From Chiloscyllium plagiosum (lineage: Eukaryota), in the NCBI RefSeq assembly GCF_004010195.1, contig NC_057717.1, positions 41,688,260 to 41,751,757 on the forward strand: DNA of 63,498 bases, written 5' to 3'. Positions 35,701 through 48,402 of this stretch are shown here, in pieces. Every line of letters begins with the position of its first letter. Positions within the stretch are counted from its first letter, which is position 1. A program made the position numbers and the translations under genes. Below the pieces are notes generated by a model. It was not told the DNA's origin, did no database searches, and saw only the letters and a program-made list of their open reading frames with translations.

Positions 35701-38700
35701 TCGGCCCCTCTAGAAGGCTATTCCATTCATGGGATCATCATTAATCTTGCTGCTCACCAGTCTTCCCAACACACCGATAACATTGAACCTGATTGTTTAC
35801 TGTTCAACAAAAGAATGGTGAACCTTTGGAATTCTCCACCACAGAAATTGATTGAAGACAAAACATTAAATGATTTCAATAAGGAGATAGATTCCTTCAA
35901 TCCTTAAAAAATGCTACGGATATGTGGGAGAAAGGCAAACAGGGTACAATATTGGTTGAAAGCCATGAAAACATTGAATGGGACATGGTTTGTAAGTTTG
36001 CACGTAACGCCAACATTGGTGGTATAATTGGCAGAGAAAGTTACCTAAACGTACAATGAGATCTTGATTAGCTGGGCCAATGGGCTGAGGAGTGGCAGAT
36101 GGAGTTTAATTTAAATGAATACGACGTGTTGCTCTTTGAGAAGACAAATCAGGTCACAACTTACAGAGTTAATGGTAGGGCACTGGATAGTGATGTTAAA
36201 CACAGGGCCCTGAGGGTCCAGACTCATAGAATCTTACAGAGTTAATGGTAGGGCACTGGGTAGTGATGTTGAACACTTAGGACCCTGAGGGTTCAGACTC
36301 ATAGATTATTGAAAGAGTTGTCTCAAGTAGCTAGTGTGTTGAAGGTGTTTGGCACATGTACCTTCATTGGTCAGAGCACTGAGTGCTGGAGTTAGGGCTT
36401 CATGTTGTAACTCTCCAAAACATTGGAATGAACTGCCAGAGGAAGTGGTAAATGCAGAGATAGGTCCAACATTTAGAAAACATTTGAACAGCTACAGGAA
36501 CTGGATACGTCTGAATGGATATGGGCCAAAGGCAGGCAAGTGAAATTAGTTTAATTTAGGAACTCTGGTCAGCATGGATGAGCTGGACCAAAGGAACTGT
36601 TTCTGTGCTGTATGACTTTATGACTCACTGACTTTATGGTGGAGTAGGCTCACAGTTCGAAGGCGGTGAGCAAGAGAGGGGCTAGATTGGGAATATGAGA
36701 GAGTTTGGGCTGATAGGCTGTGAGTTGTTGACTGGCTGCTGTGTAAGCTTGCATGCACTCCGTCTGGCAAGGTGGCATCAAGGTAAATGGTAATGGTCAC
36801 GGGATATTTTGGTCGAATTGTGCTTGGTAGGTGAGGGGTAGTTTGAGCTGAAATGCAGGAGGTCTGTCTTTGCCAGGCTGGGTAATGGAGAGGTGAGCAG
36901 GATGCCAGGATGGTTAGTGTAGAGGTGGGCAGAGTGCCAGGATGTTTCAGGGGTGGAAGGTCACTGTAATGAAGTGACAGGTGGACGTGGTGTCAAAATG
37001 CAAAGCTCGGAGTCTGGCAAAATGGTAGGTGGTAAAGCACAGATGCGAAAGGAGCTGGGATGCAATGTGCACAGGTTAACTTGGGTAAGATGAGAGGTTA
37101 GTGATCAAGGGCTGAGGTCATGTCTTGGGTAGTGGGCTTTTGTCAGAGGTTGTGAAAATGATGGTGCCAGGTCCAGTCAGGGCCAGATTCACCATGGGCC
37201 AGGTGCAGGGCGGCAGGAGTGTAAATGAGTGAAAGGAATTGAGATCATATGTCCACCTGGTATATAGAACATATAACATTACGGTGCAGTATAGGCCCTT
37301 CAGCCCTCAATGTTGCGCCGACCTGTGGAACCAATCTGAAGCCTAACTATCCTACACGATTCCATTTTCATCCATATGTTTATCCAATGACCTTTTAAAT
37401 GTCCTTAAAGTTGGCGAGTGTACTATTGTTGCAGGCAGTGCGTTCCATGGCCCTACTACTCTCTGAGTAAAGAACCAACCTCTGACATCTGTCATCTATG
37501 TCCTCTCCTGCGAGCCATCACTATTCAAGGAAAAAGACTTTCACTGTCCACCCTTTGTTTATGTTTTATGTCTCAATTAAGTCACCTCTAAACCTTCTTC
37601 TCTCAAATAAAAACAGCCTCAAGACCCTCATCCTTTCCCAATTAAACCTTCCCGCCATACCAAACAACATCCTGGTAAACCTCCTCTGAACTCTTCCAAA
37701 GCTTCCACATTCTTTCTATAATGTGGTGACCAGAACAGTACACAATACTCCCAAGTACGGCCACACCAGACTTTTGTACAGCTGCAGCCTAACGTCGTGG
37801 TTCTGAAACTCAGTCCCTCTATCGATGAAAGCCAACAAAAAGTATGCCTTCTTAAAAACTCTATCAAACTGGCTGGCAACTTTTATGGATCTATGTACAT
37901 GGACACCAAGATCTCTCTGCTCAGCTACACTAACAATATGGATTGCCTTGGATGTGTTTCGTGTGATAGGGGTTGTGTGTTCCGGGCATGAATGGGTGTA
38001 TAGCAGGGAAGGGTTTGTCAATGTGAGTGGAAATTTAGGTCTAGACAGAGTAAGTGCAGTGGTTAGTCTGAAAGATGAGGTTTGGTAGTGAACTGCGTGT
38101 CAGTTTGATAGTTATTAAAGTTAAAGATTACTTGTTTATTTCTCAAATCATATTTACATAAATACTCAGCTGTAACACTCCAAAGTCTCTGAACCTTAAT
38201 GGTCCTCCATTTTTCAGAGGCCTCCAGATTTCAGATAATTGTAAATTAGTGTTTCAACTTCCAGCCAATTGGCATGAGTTCATCCGTGACAGCCATCCTC
38301 CCCATCCCAGTGCTCAGCTCCTGCCTGTGCTGCTGCTGCAGTGACCTTCCTCCCAGAGAGAACATTCTACCTTGCATTGATAAGTGAGGAAGTCTCACTG
38401 GACCTGATTTCCAAGTATGGGGACAGCAAACACGGGGGGACACAACTTTAAAGTGAGGGGAGATAGGTATAAGACAGATGTCAAATGTAGTTTTTTTTAC
38501 TCATTGAGTAGGAAGGGTATGGAATGCTTTGCCTGCAACGGTAGTAGATTCGCCAAGTTTAAGTACATTTAAGTTGTCATTGGACAAACATATGGACGTA
38601 CATGGAATAGTGTAGGTGGGATGAGCTTCAGGTTAGTATGACAGGGCAGCGCAACATCGAGGGCCGAAGGGCCTGTACTGCGCTGTAATGTACTATGTTC

Positions 38701-39433
38701 TATGATTCACTCTGGTTTCTCTCCGGGGATACTGCCAGCTGTTGGGTATTTCCAGTAGCACGGAACCTAGTGAGGCGGCACCTGGGTCCGTGGTTAGCGC
38801 TGCTGTCTCACAGTGCTGGGGACTCAGGTTCCATTCCAGCCTCGGGTGACTGTCTGTGTGGAGTTGGCACTTTTCCCCCATGTTTGTGTGTGTTTCCTCC
38901 CACAGTCCAAAGATGTGCAAACTGGGTGAATTGCAAATGTTGTGTTCAGTGATTAGGAGTTTACGTGCATTAGTCAGGGTTAACTGTATCATAATAGGGT
39001 AGGCGAATGGGTCTGGATGCGTTACCTTTCAGAGGGTGGGTGTGGACTTGTTGGGCCAAATGGCCTGTTTGTACACACTGTAGAATTTCGATGAATCTGC
39101 ATTTCCTTGGTTTGTATTTTGTGAAAAGTCTCTGCTCTTCACAGCAATCCAGTGAAAGTGTCAGTTGGTGAGATCTTCAAACAGTTACTGAGGTGGGATC
39201 AGGATATTCTTCTTCCTAAATTATGTGGTAATGGTCAAGGTCGAGGGCACGTTTCTGCAGAGGGAACCAATGATCATGATCAGCAACTGATAGGAAACAA
39301 AAATAAACTCCAGTTATGCTGTAGACTTCAGCGGGAGCATACTGGAAAACGTTTACAGCTGAGGATACATTTGAGCAATTGATAAGGTCAAATTAACAGA
39401 AACTAACATGCTCAATTGGTCATTCTATTGTAG

Positions 39434-39739
39434 AGACACCATCTCCCCCCACGCTTTATGGCCTGGTCTCCTCCTGTCAGGAACACAACACCGGTTCTGT
39501 GATCTTTGGTTGTTTGGCGATGGACTATTCCCCTGACGTCACCAAGGTAACCAGAAAGAAAGGAAGGGAGCTAATCAAGATTGCATTGAAGACTTACTCA
39601 TCAGTGAGAAGCAAGAATGGAACCTACACCCTGAGCAGCCAGTTAACCCTGCCAGAGTCAGTGGTAGATTGCCCCAGCAAAATCTACTGTGAGGTTCAAC
39701 ACAGCGGGTCACACAAGAGCAAAGTAATGCCATGTCCAG
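39434..39739 (+). pseudogene. IGHM: IgM CH1 exon, cluster 2 (open frame but core Trp->Arg)
   Basis: ttgtag| ... VTKVTRKKGRE (cluster 1: VTWKKGGE) ... MPCP G|GTAAGT. Confidence 0.93.
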
Positions 39740-39819
39740 GTAAGTGTTGTGGGAACTGAGATAAACAGATCATCTGTGATTAACATGAATAAGGCATTAT
39801 TTATAACAATTTTCACAGA

Positions 39820-42700
39820 ATCACCTTATACAGCACAGGAAAAAGGCCATTTGATCCAACCAATTCATGCCTATCAATGACAGCCACCTAACTATTCCAG
39901 TCTCATGTGCCAGCACATGATCCATTGCCTTGTGTGACTTGCCCTTGCAAGGATACTTCATACTTATTATGAGGGGCTCAGTCTCTACATGACTTGTAGG
40001 TGCTGAGCTCCAGGCTAACACCACCCTCTGTTTGATTTTGTTTTCCCCTGAGATCCACTTGGAAACTCCTGGCCTTACCTTCACAATGTGCCCCTGAGGC
40101 ATTGATCTCTCCAACAAGGGGAAATGTTTCATCCAGTTTACTCTGTCTATGCCTAAAATAATTCTAGACATCATGATAATCTTCTCCCTAATTCTCCTCT
40201 GCTCCAAGGAAAACCCCTGTCTATCTAATCTAGTTTCATAACTAAAACCCTCCAACCCAGGCAAGATACTGCCTTCAGTGTAATCACATTCCTTCGATAA
40301 CATGCACACCACGCTTCAGTACGTCCTAACCAGTGTTTTATTAAGTTCCAGTATCATCTCATCACTCTTCATTGTCAATGTCTAGGCTAATAAAAGCAAA
40401 TATCCTCCCACTTTCTTAGCCTCTTTATCCAGACGACACAGTACTATAGGGGATCGGTGGGTACATGCACCAAAGATCCTCAGGCCTTTCCAGGGTTCCA
40501 CCATTCAAAACTTCATACCTCACAGATCCTTCTGCCGAATTACATCACCTTACATTTATCGAGAATAATTTCCATTTTCAACTTTTCTCTTCACATGCAA
40601 CCAACCTTTTATATCCTCCTGCAATATAAAGCCATTATGCTCATGACTTACCAACATGACAGTTTTCATTTCATCTGTGAATTCACTGGTTAATCCTCCT
40701 AAATTTGAGTCTCAATCATTGGTATGTAAGAGAAATAGCAAGGAAACCAACACCAATCCCTACAGAACACCAGGAAACATAGATTTCCAGTCACGCAGAC
40801 ACCCGTTGACTATTAACCCCTGCTCCCACCACTCAGCCAGTTCTAGATCCAATCTGTCAAATTAACTCGGATCCCATTGACTCTGATTATTGCTATCATC
40901 TGGACATCGACTTATCTCTCTGAAAAATACTATCAAACTGTTACACATGACTTCCTCTCAATAAAACCGTGCTGAAAATTGTTGATTTATCTTCCAAATG
41001 AAGACTAATTTCACTTCTCAATAGTTTCCTTACCGCTGAGACTAGCTTGACAGATCTGTGGTTTCATTATTTATCCCATCTTTCGTCCTGCATAACAACG
41101 TTGGCTGATCTACACTCACTTGGCACAACTGCTGTGGCCAGACAGGAATTCTAAATTATTGTCAGCGACCCAACTATTTCATCCTTTCAATCGTTCAACC
41201 GCTTGGTATACTTTTAATCTGCCCTGGAAATATAACCACTTTTCATTCAGCAAGACAACACAGAACATCACATCATGTGCTGTAACTTCTGAAAACTACA
41301 TCACAACATCCCTCCAGGATTTCTGTCCCCACTGAAACACTGACACAACACATTCGTTTTGACCACAACCTAATCCTCCGGCTCCACTCCAATAATAACA
41401 CTTAATGGGCATTACTGTTTCCCGAATACTTCTTTTATTATGAATGAGCCTGTAACTTTTAAAAATATCTTCCTTTATTTTGACTGCTTTATTTTCTCAT
41501 AGTCCCTTTTGCTCTTCTAATTCCTTTGTCTTTCAAACTGCCCCTTGCACATTCTATGCTCCATATTAGTTTCTATTGTTTTGAGATTTCAGTATAGACC
41601 GGAAGCCTCCCTTGTTTCTCTTTATCTCCCCCTCAATGCCCTTTAGTGTCCAGAGCCCGCTGCATTCTTGGTCCCACGCAGTGGCTTCCAGGAAAATGTC
41701 CTCCCTGTGATTTTCCTATCTCTTTCTTAAATGTGTCACACTGCTCTGACTCAGATTTAACAATAAGTGTCAGCTTCCAGTCCACTCTGGTCAAGTCATT
41801 ACCTGATCTTACTAAAATTGTCCTTCCCCTTTTCAGAACTTTGGGCCAATTTCTATTCCTTTGCAGTACAATCTGAAATCCAAATGATTTACGATCACTG
41901 TCTGCAAAGTGCTCCACCATTGATATTTTACCCACTGGGTCGACTTCATTCCCTAAAGGTAAGTTCAGGTTCACCCCTCTCTTGCAAGGTCTGGATTAAA
42001 ATCCTCTCTATTAAACACATACTTTGTTCAAATATTCTCCTGGGGGCATTTTCAGAATTGTGCTCCCTATAAATGTTTGACAAAATGAATATCCAAGCCT
42101 ATGCTGAGGAAGTTAAAAACCTCTTTTCTCATTTCCCTACTTAATTTACACGTCTCTGAAATTTGCCCCTGTATTTGCACTTGGTCTTTTGGACCTATAG
42201 TAAGGTCTATCGTGCTCTCCCAGTAGTTATTTTTGCTGTATTTTGGTTTTGAAGTACTGTCCATTTGCCTTTGTTTGAGGAGGTATCCATGATTACATTT
42301 CTCTTTACAGCCTAAAATACTCTTGTCAGAATTGCGACAGAAGCAACATTCTGTACCGCCCACCACCGCCCCCATCCTTTTCCATCTTTCCCTGTCTCGC
42401 CTGAAGGCACTAATCCTGGAATATTGAATAGCCACTCCTTCCCGGCTCTCAATATGTCTCCGTGATAGCAACCGCATCATTTCCTCATTCTTGCCGGTAA
42501 TTCGTCTGCCTTCTTCATCAGACTCTGTCATGAAAACGAATACCATCCAACGTTGCTATCTCCCTTCTGATGTTACCGGCCTATAGTTTCTATGCCTCCT
42601 TGACTCCCTTGCTGTGTCCTCTAAGTTTAGCCTTTCACATTGTCCTGCTGATCTTTCTGTGTGGATCCCAGCTTCTCCAGCACTCTGCACAATTATGATT
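39820..42700 (-). mobile_element. Long degenerate CR1-type LINE in the CH1-CH2 intron
   Basis: Minus-strand LPGLEGFSYETRLDR..FSLEQRR..., endonuclease-region remnants (FRRDRE); its 3' end is also seen at 18230-18268 in cluster 1. Confidence 0.8.
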
Positions 42701-42796
42701 CTTGTATCCATTTACCACAAGAAACCTTGATATATGAGAACTGATTGTATTTGTTATGAAATTCGTCAGATAATGTATGCGATGTGTTTCCTAAAG

Positions 42797-43103
42797 GTAC
42801 AGATCTCCCACCAACTCTTCTCCTAACTGTGAGCTCCAGTGAAGAAATCGCAAGCAGCAAGTTTGCAACCGTCGTCTGTTCAATAATCGATTTCCATCCG
42901 AAGTCAATCTCCGTGAGTTGGTTGAAAAATGGCCGACCCTTGAACTCTGGCTTCTTCACGTCTCCCGTGTGAGGCAAACGGGAACTTCTCGGTGACGAGT
43001 CGGCTGATGGTCCCTTATGGTGAATGGTTCAACGGCGCAGTCTATACCTGCCTGGTCACTCATGGAGAGAACATTCAAAGTAAAAACATCACCGCACTCC
43101 AGG
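42797..43103 (+). pseudogene. IGHM: IgM CH2 exon, cluster 2, frameshifted
   Basis: cctaaag|; [14 protein letters not shown]...[23 protein letters not shown]...TSPV then TGA 42970-42972; frame resumes [28 protein letters not shown]; 307 nt (apparent 2-bp deletion in GTGTG); donor G|GTAACA. Confidence 0.93.
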
Positions 43104-43439
43104 GTAACAGACACGTACTGAGAGAGCTACAAATCATTCTGAACTCTGCTGTGAATCAAACACACTAATTTATCAGGCACAGTAAACAGCACAATACAGC
43201 TTCTCATTTCCCAACATGCCACGTTTCTCATTTCATTTTGAGTCTTACATTAGCATTGCTCATAATTCAACATTTTGGCAAGTCAGAAAAGCATATTTCC
43301 TCTCTGTTGAAGATAGATATATAGACAGTGAGCTTTGTTAAATAGTTTGTTGCCTGACCATGCTGGGAGAGGCATTCAGAGTGCTGAACCCTTGCCTGGT
43401 AGCCGCTTCAAGGATAACCTTGGGCCGGAGGGGGGATAT

Positions 43440-43720
43440 TGGAGAGATATCTGATTGAAACATAGAAAATACTGAGAGACTGAGGTCGAGTGAACGTGTA
43501 ATAGGTGTTTTGACTGGTAGGCAAGACTAGGACCGTAGGGCACAGTCTCAGGGTCAAAGAGGCACCGTTTAGATCTGAGATGGGGAAGAATTTCTTCAGC
43601 CAGAGGGTGATGAGTCTGTGGAACATGTTGCTGCAGAGGGCTGTGGAGGCAAGACCATTGTGTATATTCAAGCCAGAGATAGATCGGCTCTTGTTTAGTA
43701 CGGGGAGAAGACAGTAGAAT
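43440..43720 (+). mobile_element. CR1-type LINE fragment
   Basis: ggagagatatctgattgaaaca...tagggcacagtctcaggg...aatttcttcagccagagggtg. Confidence 0.75.
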
Positions 43721-45061
43721 GGCTTTAGCCCGAAAAATCGATTTTCCTGCTCGTCGGATGCTGCCTGACCTGCTGTGCTTTTCCAGCACCATTCTGATCT
43801 AAACTCTGGATTGGCCGAACAGCCTTATTCTGATCCTCTATCTGATGATGTTGTGGTCTCAAAATGACGTGGTTAAAATATGCAGTGACCCTTACTTGAA
43901 AATAAATCAAAATGCGTTCAATGCTTCATTCCCTGCTCAGGAATGACCTGTTGGCCTTGGACACTGTACGACATCGATTTTTATCTGGTACTGAGCTCTT
44001 TAACTTCATTTATGGGATCAGACCACAGAGCAAGTGGGTATCACATTTGATGAACTGGGGTAAACGTGATCTCACTGAGCTTCTTTAAGATGCTCTCTGT
44101 AATTAGATGATGTGGCAGGAGAATAAATTCTGGTTAGAATGCTACAATAGGAATGAATGAACTAGGAACTCGAGACAGGCTGATTTAGCCTGGTTTGGGG
44201 TGGCGATGTTTACACAGTGAGTAGTGGCTGTCTATAAAATTAGTGCACATTTCCATCGCGTTTGTAGATTAATTTAAGACGCTTTTGTTTGTTTTTTCTC
44301 CCCTGCTCTATGAAGAAATTTAGAAATGCAGCTTGGTAAATAATGTGAAAGTACAGACCAGTTATGAACTAACTGAATGGAGGGAAAGACTTAAGGAGAT
44401 GGGTGTCCTTCCAATGCTGTACTCAATGTCTTGTTTTCAGATCTACTCCAAACACAGCCCATGAGGAACAAAGACATAAATTAGAGAATGACATCATACC
44501 AATAACGCAAAGTATCTTTGATCACGTTAAATATAATGAACAGAATTTCCATGGCTGTTCACCACTCCTGTAACACTTTAGAACTCTGCAAAGAGAGTAA
44601 TTATTATTTATTATAATTTGTCCAAAATTTGGGATGTGATTTGGCAGTCATTGTGACTAGCAGCACTTGCACCTAAGGGTTATGTACATGGAAATGAACT
44701 CATTATATTCAGATTACTCTTATCACAAGTATCAATAGATGGTCTTAAGTGAGAGACAAACTCTGAAAGAAAAGTAATTCCATAGGTTACATGATGGTAT
44801 CGTCGATGATTTTACTTCTTTCGTAGGTTCCACTTGTTACAAAGCCAGTGTTCTTTCGGAATAATTACACAGGGTATGTCATAGGTAATCATAAATGCTT
44901 TCACAGATCAAAATACATCAACAATAGTAAGCATCGTTTCAGCAATGGTTGGAGTTGCCATTTTGAAGGTGGTGTCTTCACACTGTGAAGAAGTTATCTG
45001 AAGATTGGCTGTTTGTATCAAAAAGGGGCATTTTTCATTGACTTTGATTTTTGTTTCATAG

Positions 45062-45370
45062 AAGATATCGAGTGCCACACCAACACCGTTAAAATCCTCC
45101 CACCACCAGCAGAACAAGTCTTACTGGAGGCGACGGTGACGTTAACCTGCGTTATGTCCAATCTTCCTTCGGGAGTCAACGTGACCTGGACACAAGAAAA
45201 TAAGCCTCTGAAATCAGAGATTGCTGAGCAACCTGGACAGAATCCAGACAGCGTGATCAGCACATTAAACATTTCTACTGAAGCCTGGCTGAGTGGCGTT
45301 ACTTTTGAATGTGTGGTGTACCATCAGAATCTACCGACTCCGCTGAGAGACTCCATCCACAAGGAGAAAG
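45062..45370 (+). pseudogene. IGHM: IgM CH3 exon, cluster 2 (itself intact, within a disabled cluster)
   Basis: ttcatag|; [34 protein letters not shown]...[28 protein letters not shown]; donor G|GTGAGC; 309 nt. Confidence 0.95.
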
Positions 45371-45823
45371 GTGAGCGGTGAGATTAAAACACAAAGCATC
45401 CCATGTGTAATCCAGATCCAGTTACATCAATGGCAGGCTTTGATTGGTAATGAACCAACACCGTTGGGAGCATTAATGATGCATCTGAAGGCAGGATAGC
45501 TAGGTAGCTGATTACGAAAAAGATGGACCAAAGGATATTGTATTCTGATTAAGTCAGATAAGGTGGGAAGAAGCCTGGTTGTGACGTCACCATCAGCAAT
45601 GACAATTGGACAGAATGCCCTTGTTGTGGGCTGGAAACATGGGGGCAACTTTCACATTAAACTTTCCTTTTTTTAATGAACAGAATGTGTACCATACTGC
45701 TCCTTTAGAAAACAAAGGTGAATAAATCCCAAATTAAACATTGCTATTTTAATATTTAGTGAAATTGTGATATTGGTTCAGGATGTTTTTGGTGGATTTA
45801 TATTTGTCTCCAATATTCTGCAG

Positions 45824-46215
45824 TGATTAATCCGCTGGAGCCATCAGTGTCTGTCCTCCTGCCATCAACAGAATAAATCTCCGCTCAGAGGTTTCTCTCC
45901 CTCACCTGTTTAGTGAGAGGTTTCTCTCCCCGAGAGATCTTCGTCAAGTGGACAAACAATGACAAGCCGGTGAATCCCAGTAATTACAAGAACACCGAGG
46001 TGATGGCGGAGAGCGACAACACCTCCTTCTTCATGTACAGCCTGTTATCCATTACAGCGGAGGAGTGGGCCAGCGGTGCTTCTTACTCCTGTGTGGTGGG
46101 ACATGAAGCGATTCCATTGAAGATCATCAAAAGAACAGTCGATAAATCCAGCGGTAAACCGAGTTTCGTAAACATTTCACTTGCACTGATGGACACTGTT
46201 AATTCATGTCAATAA
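45824..46215 (+). pseudogene. IGHM: IgM CH4 exon + secretory tailpiece, cluster 2, premature stop
   Basis: ctgcag|; PSVSVLLPSTE* (TAA 45874-45876) ...[17 protein letters not shown]...[19 protein letters not shown]...[24 protein letters not shown] (NIS glycan, penultimate Cys); internal TM donor G|GTAAAC at 46154. Confidence 0.95.
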
Positions 46216-46216
46216 A
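46211..46216 (+). terminator. Possible poly(A) signal for secretory mu, overlapping the stop codon
   Basis: CAA TAA AAA contains AATAAA. Confidence 0.45.
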
Positions 46217-47339
46217 AATCTCAAACTTGCATTTAATAATTCAACAGAAGTAATGAAGCAGTTTTTTTTCCCTCCAGTTGTTGAGTTAAATACTGAATTA
46301 GTTGTTTCCCACTCGGACTTAAATTCCATCTGTGTAGTTAAAGTGGATTATTAACAGGTCTAGGACGAGTGTCTTGTGCAGTTAATGTTCTCTGCTCAGA
46401 TACACCCTGGGTCAGAGACAGAGTAAAGCTCTCTCATTGCAGGATTCCGCCAAGTACCTTATCCATCCTAAATCCCTCTGTGACAAAATCTGGCAATGTC
46501 CATTTTATGTCAAGGGTAGAGCATGAGTTTTGAACTTAGTGTTCTTGATTCCCCCGATTGGACATTCTTACAAAATTCATGTCAGTTTTAAACTGCCACA
46601 TTGCACCAATTGGAAATGTAAATTTAAGACACTTTAAAATTAAATTTGATTGGAACATACCAATCGTAAATAGTGCAGAACAGTTTGAATGTAAACTTTG
46701 TTTCTGGGATCTTGCGCCAGCGCATGAGTTGACAGAATGTATCTTCACTTTCACACCAAGGAGAATCAACAGATAAGTTGTCATGGAGCAGAGGGGAGGG
46801 GAACGATGAATGGTCTGTCCTCTTGCTCCCTGTGAGAGTTTTCATGGTAGATGTCCTCTGTAATGTAACTCAGTTACTAACAAGAACAGTCAGCCTCTTG
46901 CTTACTGTCCAAAAATTCAACATTTCCAAGAAAAATAATGCCTTTGAAGCATGTTGGACACGCTTGGCTCTGTTAACAAATGATTAACATTGATTCCCAT
47001 AATCCAAAACTGGTGTTTGCATCGTCCCAGTTTGAATTCCATATTGGGATCAATTCTGGTATTCAAATACCTGATATCATTTTGTTACACATACAGAACA
47101 CAAGTAGACATTTTTTAATAAACATATTCAGAAATGTTATCTGTGGGGATTTGAACTCACGCCTTTTCTCTCAGAGATAGAAGTTCTATCACTGCAACAG
47201 AAGAGTTGATCATGAAACACTTGTCCATCCACGACGATGGTAAATGTTTCCTACAACACCAAGGTCAAATCTAATTATGGGCAATCCAGTAAAATTAGAA
47301 CAATAAATTAGAATAATAAAAATTGCAGTCTGGTATAAG

Positions 47340-47902
47340 AACAGATACAGAGAGATGATCGCAAATACACACGTAATGACACATATACGGGCTCTCACCT
47401 AAAGACACATATTTATGTGCACACTCAAATGTGCACATAGATAAATCGTCACACACGCCTCCTCGCACAGAGCCACACATGAAAGTGGTACTTGAACACT
47501 CATCTAAGCTCATACAAAAATTCACATACACCGAAAGAAAATCATTTGCACAAATGAACAGGAGTACTCACACATAACCATGAGAAACTTCGACACACGG
47601 TAACACGCAAATGGGCATGAATACATATACATTCATACAGCACAATGCATATAGACATACACACATGAACAAACAGATACAAATTCTGAAAAATGTCCTC
47701 CCACATGTCGACTCACACAGGCACGTAAGTGCACAGACATAAATATTATTTCCCCATTTTCAGAATCGCAAACATACGATGACAGAGGCAGCTTAATTAT
47801 TTTTAAACCACATTGATCAGCATGTATACAATGTCACACGTACACACAAATTCAGAGTCTCACATGCAAACACACAAGTGCATAGATCAACAAATAGAGG
47901 GG
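47340..47902 (+). repeat. CA/AT-rich low-complexity degenerate microsatellite
   Basis: Abundant acac/catac runs up to the gap. Confidence 0.7.
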
Positions 47903-48402
47903 NNNNNNNNNNNNNNNNNNNNNNNNNNNNNNNNNNNNNNNNNNNNNNNNNNNNNNNNNNNNNNNNNNNNNNNNNNNNNNNNNNNNNNNNNNNNNNNNNN
48001 NNNNNNNNNNNNNNNNNNNNNNNNNNNNNNNNNNNNNNNNNNNNNNNNNNNNNNNNNNNNNNNNNNNNNNNNNNNNNNNNNNNNNNNNNNNNNNNNNNNN
48101 NNNNNNNNNNNNNNNNNNNNNNNNNNNNNNNNNNNNNNNNNNNNNNNNNNNNNNNNNNNNNNNNNNNNNNNNNNNNNNNNNNNNNNNNNNNNNNNNNNNN
48201 NNNNNNNNNNNNNNNNNNNNNNNNNNNNNNNNNNNNNNNNNNNNNNNNNNNNNNNNNNNNNNNNNNNNNNNNNNNNNNNNNNNNNNNNNNNNNNNNNNNN
48301 NNNNNNNNNNNNNNNNNNNNNNNNNNNNNNNNNNNNNNNNNNNNNNNNNNNNNNNNNNNNNNNNNNNNNNNNNNNNNNNNNNNNNNNNNNNNNNNNNNNN
48401 NN
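47903..48402. other. Assembly gap (500 N, probably a placeholder)
   Basis: Exactly 500 N; right flank maps to unit-1 position ~2770. Confidence 0.95.

Noticed and set aside
46616-46623. Variant octamer ATGTAAAT 3' of CH4
   Set aside because: A single 8-mer in AT-rich DNA without a convincing motif cluster.
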